Of a DNA stretch of 64,000 bases, positions 60,201-64,000 are shown piece by piece. How positions within the stretch are numbered: the first letter of the stretch is position 1; each line of letters begins with the position of its first letter. The notes under the pieces were generated by a model, which did no database searches, was not told the DNA's origin, and saw only the letters and a program-made list of their open reading frames with translations. The position numbers were made by a program, and so were the translations under genes. Source of the stretch: Epithemia pelagica (taxonomy: Eukaryota; Protista; Bacillariophyta); contig OX337229.1 in NCBI GenBank assembly GCA_946965045.2, positions 1 through 64,000 of the forward strand. The letters are read 5' to 3'.

Positions 60201-63200
60201 AGGAGGCACCACTGGAATCGGTTCCTGCGACTGCTCCTTCTTCTTCGACTCGAGGCCCCCGATTATCCTGGCTTTCCACCTCCACACGAAAACAGAACAA
60301 GACTGCCAAACAACAGGAAGAGGATGCCTTGTCCACCACCGCCGTTGCGACTCCACGACAAGAAGAAACCAATGAGAATGAGCCACAACAACAACCAGTT
60401 GCAGCAAACACCAAACAACACTCTTCTCCCTTTCCATCCTTTATGACAGGACGTCGACGACGCCGGCAAAAGGAAACCTCCGAACTCCAACCTGAAAAAG
60501 CTGCAACCGAGACAGAAATTCACTTTTCCGCCAAACCCGAAACTCCTTCCAGTCCGCCCGACAGTGTCGCAACGTGGAATGGACCAGGACTCTGGGATAC
60601 CGACACAACTGTTCCAGCCGTAGGATCCAATCTATCGACATTGGATGATGAGACAGAGACGGAACCATCACCTACAGCAGCCAGCAATGATGAATTGACG
60701 ACAAGTTCTCTTCCACCCTCATCACCGGCCGTCTTCCCGTACCAGTCTCCGGCAGCACGCAGGAGGTTCTTGAGTTCGGTCGATGAAGCGGGCGGAAAAC
60801 CAGAACATACTGGCAAGCCGTCCGGCAGAGCTCCAATGGGTGATGCAACAAGCCGTTACAACAATGCCAAGACGAACAAAGCCGTAACCACGGACACCAC
60901 CACCAAGTCTCCGCGTTCCGAGCCTTCCCCACTACGACGAATCACCAGCGAGGACATGGAATTGTCGCCTCGTAAAAGCAAACAAGATGACTATGAAGAG
61001 GCGGAGATTGTGTTTGAAGAAGACGAACAAGAAATGGATCGTCCTTTGGGGACACTTTGGAGTAACATGCAACTATGGGAAGTTCCAGGTAGCCAACCCT
61101 ATGATTATGAACTCGATGCATCGAACAGTCCCTCTACAGCGCTGGGTTTGCAAGAGAATCAAGACATGGCAGCTCGCGAAGGAGGAGTTCCTCATTCATA
61201 TTTGGATATGGGATATAGCCGCTCCACTTCACCCATCGATATCGAGGACGACCAAGATACGTTGCCATTACAGCCCAACAAAACTTTGGTTGAAGACAGC
61301 GAAAGCAAAACTGCTTCAATTTCTAGTATGGAAGCATTGCCGTCAACGAACATTCAATCGAGTCCCTTACTACGGCCAAGCGTGTCTTTGAGTCGCGACC
61401 CCTCAGAGACATTGGCACAACTAAAAGCAGCTCAAACGATGCAGCTCCAGAGTGAAAGTCTTCCGCTTGGCAAGCTTGGAGACATCAACAAGAGTCGAGG
61501 AAGCGGTTCTCCTCTAATGGGAGAAGAGCTAATCGATCTGAGCACGACTACGTCGAATGACTCATTCATGGAGATGGTCTTGCCTTCAATCACATCTCGT
61601 CATGACCTCATGCTCAATGCGCTCTGTGGCTCTTCATCAGGAGGTCGTTTGCTGCAGTCGTCTCTTCAACACGCCTCTGGTAACTCCTCGACGAAGGAAA
61701 ACGAACAGGCCCTATCACACGGTACCCTTGATTCGACCACAACTCAAGCTGCCGGTGATACAGACCATCGGCCCGCTTTGCCCTTGAAATCATTTACGAC
61801 ACAGGGCAATCATCGAACTCGATCGCTTCCTACAACGCTCCTATCTGGAGCAACGACGAAACTGAAGATACAAGAGGAATCTAGATCCATGAAGACCAGA
61901 GAGGAAGACGAGATCACAGTGGACATGGTATTAGGTCCAACGGACGAAAAGCCCCTTTCACTTTCATCGCCTTGCTCTCCACGACGTAGTCCATTCTTTC
62001 GGAAACCGAAGCCACAAGCACAGCCGAAAGAGGAGGTGGGAAATGGCGCTGCCCTTGAAAAGTCGACATACACTGCAGATGGTCGTCTCTCACCGACAAG
62101 AGCAGGTCTGCTCCACGAAGGAGCCGAGGATGCTGATGAGGGAGATGCGATGCTCATGTCGACGAAAACCTACAAGTCTGCAGATTCTGATGAGGATTCC
62201 GGTGTAGCTGTGCCTATTGATACAAACGCTGGTGGTACCGAGACAAGAAATGCATTGGAAGAAGGACTGGCCAATACTGGAGGAGTCCGGTTTGTTGTGT
62301 CCCTGGAAACAACGCCTCGTATGCACGAACCAGCAGCTCCGCAACTCTCTTCCAATACGCCACGATCGATTTTGAACAAGAAGGGACCACATGCTCGTCA
62401 TCACTACAATGAAGACGGTACGCCAAAACTACGATCTCAACCAAGCATTCTTACGACCGGAAGTACCAGCCTAGAAAGTCTCTTTCGTCCCATGCTCGAC
62501 TTCAATCCATGGAAAACACCCAACTCACTAGCTACAAACAACAGTACGCCCAAACCCAGCAATGAAGAATCATCCAATAGAGCCCAGGAGGAGCGTGATT
62601 GTACAGAGAAGCAGACTATATCGAATAACACTCCATTGTCGAGTCGTCAAAAGTCCCAAGATGACCAATCACAATGCTATGAGGAGGGCTTTGAGCGGAC
62701 ATTATCGACAATGTCATCTATATCAACCATGGACGAAGGAAAGAAGCACGAACAAAAGCCTGAGAAGAAGAAACCAGAACCAATTGAGGATATTCACCCA
62801 CGGGAGCAGATGGAAATTGAAAAAGCCGAGCACGATGAGTCACACGGCGATCCACAGGAAAAAACCGAGGAAGACAGCGTATACTCTTTGCACTCCAAAA
62901 TTGACGAACTCATTACTGCATCGGAGGAGCAAGATGAGTTGGAGTCATTGTCCAACAACCGGTCGAATCGCCTCAAACGATGGAAAAAGCGAACCCGAGG
63001 AATGGTTCGAAGGCTATCCACAAGAGACCAATCGAAACAAGAAGAACCAAATGACACAAAGGGGGAAAATGCCAAAAGGAGGAACCGTCTTCTACTCCGA
63101 AGGAAACAGAAACCTGAACCATTGGATCGGGTGGCGGAAGAAGATCAACCGAACGATCCAAAGAAGGAAGAAGATCAACCGAATGATCCAAAGAAGGAAG

Positions 63201-64000
63201 ACGAGCAAGAGAAGGAATCGAAGGAGGAGCCAAAGGCTGAAATGGAGGAACAGAATGGCCCAGTTTCGAAACCATCGGATGGAGATGAATCGGATACGTC
63301 CAATCCACGAAATCAACAGCAAGAGGCAAAAGGGAAAGAAACGAACGACGAGAAGGACGACCATGAACCCGAAGAAGACCGCGTGGAGACAACAGAAGGT
63401 CCTGCGATGGAATCATCCAATTCCAAGCAAGATGGCACAACAAAGACCAAGAGTAATCGCAGACTTTCGTCGATCGTCCGACGATACAAGAACAAGAAGA
63501 AAGACTCGACAGGAAACAACAGCAAGAACGTTTCTCGTCCGTTCCTGCGAGCATTACGAGTGAAGAAAGAAACAAGCGACATTGAAGAGCCTCCCCCACC
63601 ACTGGACCACGAAGATGAATACTACGAATATGAAGAAGAAGAAGAAGAAGAATACGAACAAGGCCAGCCGGACATAGCACACACCACAAAATCCAACAAA
63701 CGGCTTTCCGCCTTGCGCAATCTCTTCAAACGCCGATCCATGAGTGGGAACAAGAATCACCACCAAAAGTTTGAAGATGCTTACATCAACAAGAGTGAAA
63801 GCCATAATATTGTACCGGAAGAAAGTTACAGTTACTTTTCGGAGGGAACCCGGGAGGATGAAGATTTGATTCATATTATTTCCCTGAGTACCAGTTCCGG
63901 CATGGATAATCCTTCGGTACTTACCGAACCGACCGATTACGGAAGCCATGTCGACGAGGAAAGTCGCTTGTCCAACAGTGGTGGTCGACGCAAGGAAGCT
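57293..64000 (+). CDS. Very large intrinsically disordered protein (>2236 aa, 3'-partial; absent from the ORF track because it has no stop in the window)
   Basis: Manual translation from ATG 57293 (MSFSNRRSPS...) stays open to base 64000 (...GGRRKEA). S/T/P/E/Q-rich; no folded domain seen. Confidence 0.8.
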   Translation, partial: MSFSNRRSPSTHYNQQQQQPSTPYSASERRILPSPVSSAGTNGTDGGVRPTLSIYATGSRQVHASESLSTHSSSEYDDQEEDDDDDDQEEEDRHRPRSHSQRDEQSNARTYYDDDDEDASYFEDDDEDDDYSSSYRMIDYYDNETTRHSVTASTVHTVLTPLKSTTTAGATGGGVTSFFGLVTTSLFGGTGTGTTTGTGTVDTAPTPHAYTPPTAQTKTRPPRSSPVTTPQPQQQRRHSAKQPQQRQRRGIQTPPSVPNRKPNKANPTKPPKQSRHKSSSPASSSIPSSIGGRRPQGGKKKQQQQQRRRRSTHKKQLLRSNNSFGSGGGGMSLGMDSHTTMTTTTDQLLLTRTSPQQRQPHKNNHGKPPQHKSLSKALDQANHHHHRSSTTKPTNNSNHHKKQSTTTTTRSTSSSDKAIHPQQQHQQEHPEPQHEPRDSAVPRVLALSSTSLASSLAVQAPVVPNTKPHHPPTPYYYYHPNHGHPTSSSSPKRLSTTLAGSTTTVDLPPVSFPLLRHNQSHPPTSTSPKRYSIRTSTTTVPNPLLYTHGEGSMPHGPPYTPNDWYGRSLADSMTVPTPSSAGITSTGMTNMTLGGSGSGSSDEDDAYLASREKLVFPPSSHWSSFYPGSVDGSQDSRDPKKNKNKNRMKQQPQPEEETVQASTHTPDNDMAVQDPALHYPPRTKSPPPKRPREVSRPDGGENQPPLVKHTSTSNTATTTTTTTRALRKPFAKRIGTPGPGLLSIMAGQASPRLTPEDEYSLTAETSPSGNNPGVPSTASAPTTPRIRSMPPTTNSSGVRSNRTLGQQEQEQEPVSRPNANTTKTKNTPSHSLPPRPRASTPIRHHSSPTHSHPITTIPEVPSSSYSDDLVTSPLSSTIASTTATTTSPLSLTSSLPSESVPGVVVESPTSLPETLPLPLSARTNSNLVGVDQNDGTKNSSENQAEPPASVHSNSTTTTLPLPPPPRQPHEEAPLESVPATAPSSSTRGPRLSWLSTSTRKQNKTAKQQEEDALSTTAVATPRQEETNENEPQQQPVAANTKQHSSPFPSFMTGRRRRRQKETSELQPEKAATETEIHFSAKPETPSSPPDSVATWNGPGLWDTDTTVPAVGSNLSTLDDETETEPSPTAASNDELTTSSLPPSSPAVFPYQSPAARRRFLSSVDEAGGKPEHTGKPSGRAPMGDATSRYNNAKTNKAVTTDTTTKSPRSEPSPLRRITSEDMELSPRKSKQDDYEEAEIVFEEDEQEMDRPLGTLWSNMQLWEVPGSQPYDYELDASNSPSTALGLQENQDMAAREGGVPHSYLDMGYSRSTSPIDIEDDQDTLPLQPNKTLVEDSESKTASISSMEALPSTNIQSSPLLRPSVSLSRDPSETLAQLKAAQTMQLQSESLPLGKLGDINKSRGSGSPLMGEELIDLSTTTSNDSFMEMVLPSITSRHDLMLNALCGSSSGGRLLQSSLQHASGNSSTKENEQALSHGTLDSTTTQAAGDTDHRPALPLKSFTTQGNHRTRSLPTTLLSGATTKLKIQEESRSMKTREEDEITVDMVLGPTDEKPLSLSSPCSPRRSPFFRKPKPQAQPKEEVGNGAALEKSTYTADGRLSPTRAGLLHEGAEDADEGDAMLMSTKTYKSADSDEDSGVAVPIDTNAGGTETRNALEEGLANTGGVRFVVSLETTPRMHEPAAPQLSSNTPRSILNKKGPHARHHYNEDGTPKLRSQPSILTTGSTSLESLFRPMLDFNPWKTPNSLATNNSTPKPSNEESSNRAQEERDCTEKQTISNNTPLSSRQKSQDDQSQCYEEGFERTLSTMSSISTMDEGKKHEQKPEKKKPEPIEDIHPREQMEIEKAEHDESHGDPQEKTEEDSVYSLHSKIDELITASEEQDELESLSNNRSNRLKRWKKRTRGMVRRLSTRDQSKQEEPNDTKGENAKRRNRLLLRRKQKPEPLDRVAEEDQPNDPKKEEDQPNDPKKEDEQEKESKEEPKAEMEEQNGPVSKPSDGDESDTSNPRNQQQEAKGKETNDEKDDHEPEEDRVETTEGPAMESSNSKQDGTTKTKSNRRLSSIVRRYKNKKKDSTGNNSKNVSRPFLRALRVKKETSDIEEPPPPLDHEDEYYEYEEEEEEEYEQGQPDIAHTTKSNKRLSALRNLFKRRSMSGNKNHHQKFEDAYINKSESHNIVPEESYSYFSEGTREDEDLIHIISLSTSSGMDNPSVLTEPTDYGSHVDEESRLSNSGGRRKEA

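Overview
Left end of a eukaryotic chromosome, almost certainly from a pennate diatom: it has (CCCTAA)n telomere repeats, an Lhcf/FCP gene with the ASAFAP plastid-targeting motif, and GT-AG introns. About 90 perfect telomere repeats are fused directly to the middle of gag of an otherwise intact Ty1/copia (CoDi-like) retrotransposon. Its 5' LTR and PBS are missing, and its 3' LTR appears to end in AG...CT instead of TG...CA. The distal ~42 kb is a subtelomeric zone of duplicated and damaged genes. It holds a frameshifted Josephin-UIM-UBX gene and a PI4-kinase with a frameshift, a nonsense codon and a microhomology junction to a 1.2-kb duplicated segment. It also holds a glyoxalase I with an internal deletion, a frameshifted DMT transporter paralog, two TA-flanked MITEs, three LSD1-like zinc-finger paralogs, and two secreted RxL-flanked six-cysteine peptide precursors. 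The proximal ~21 kb carries apparently intact genes: a coiled-coil membrane protein, a DMT transporter, a TEY-type MAPK, tRNA-Glu, a small KDEL protein, a Pro/His-rich protein and a >2236-codon low-complexity ORF running off the window. All calls are by eye from motifs; no searches were run.
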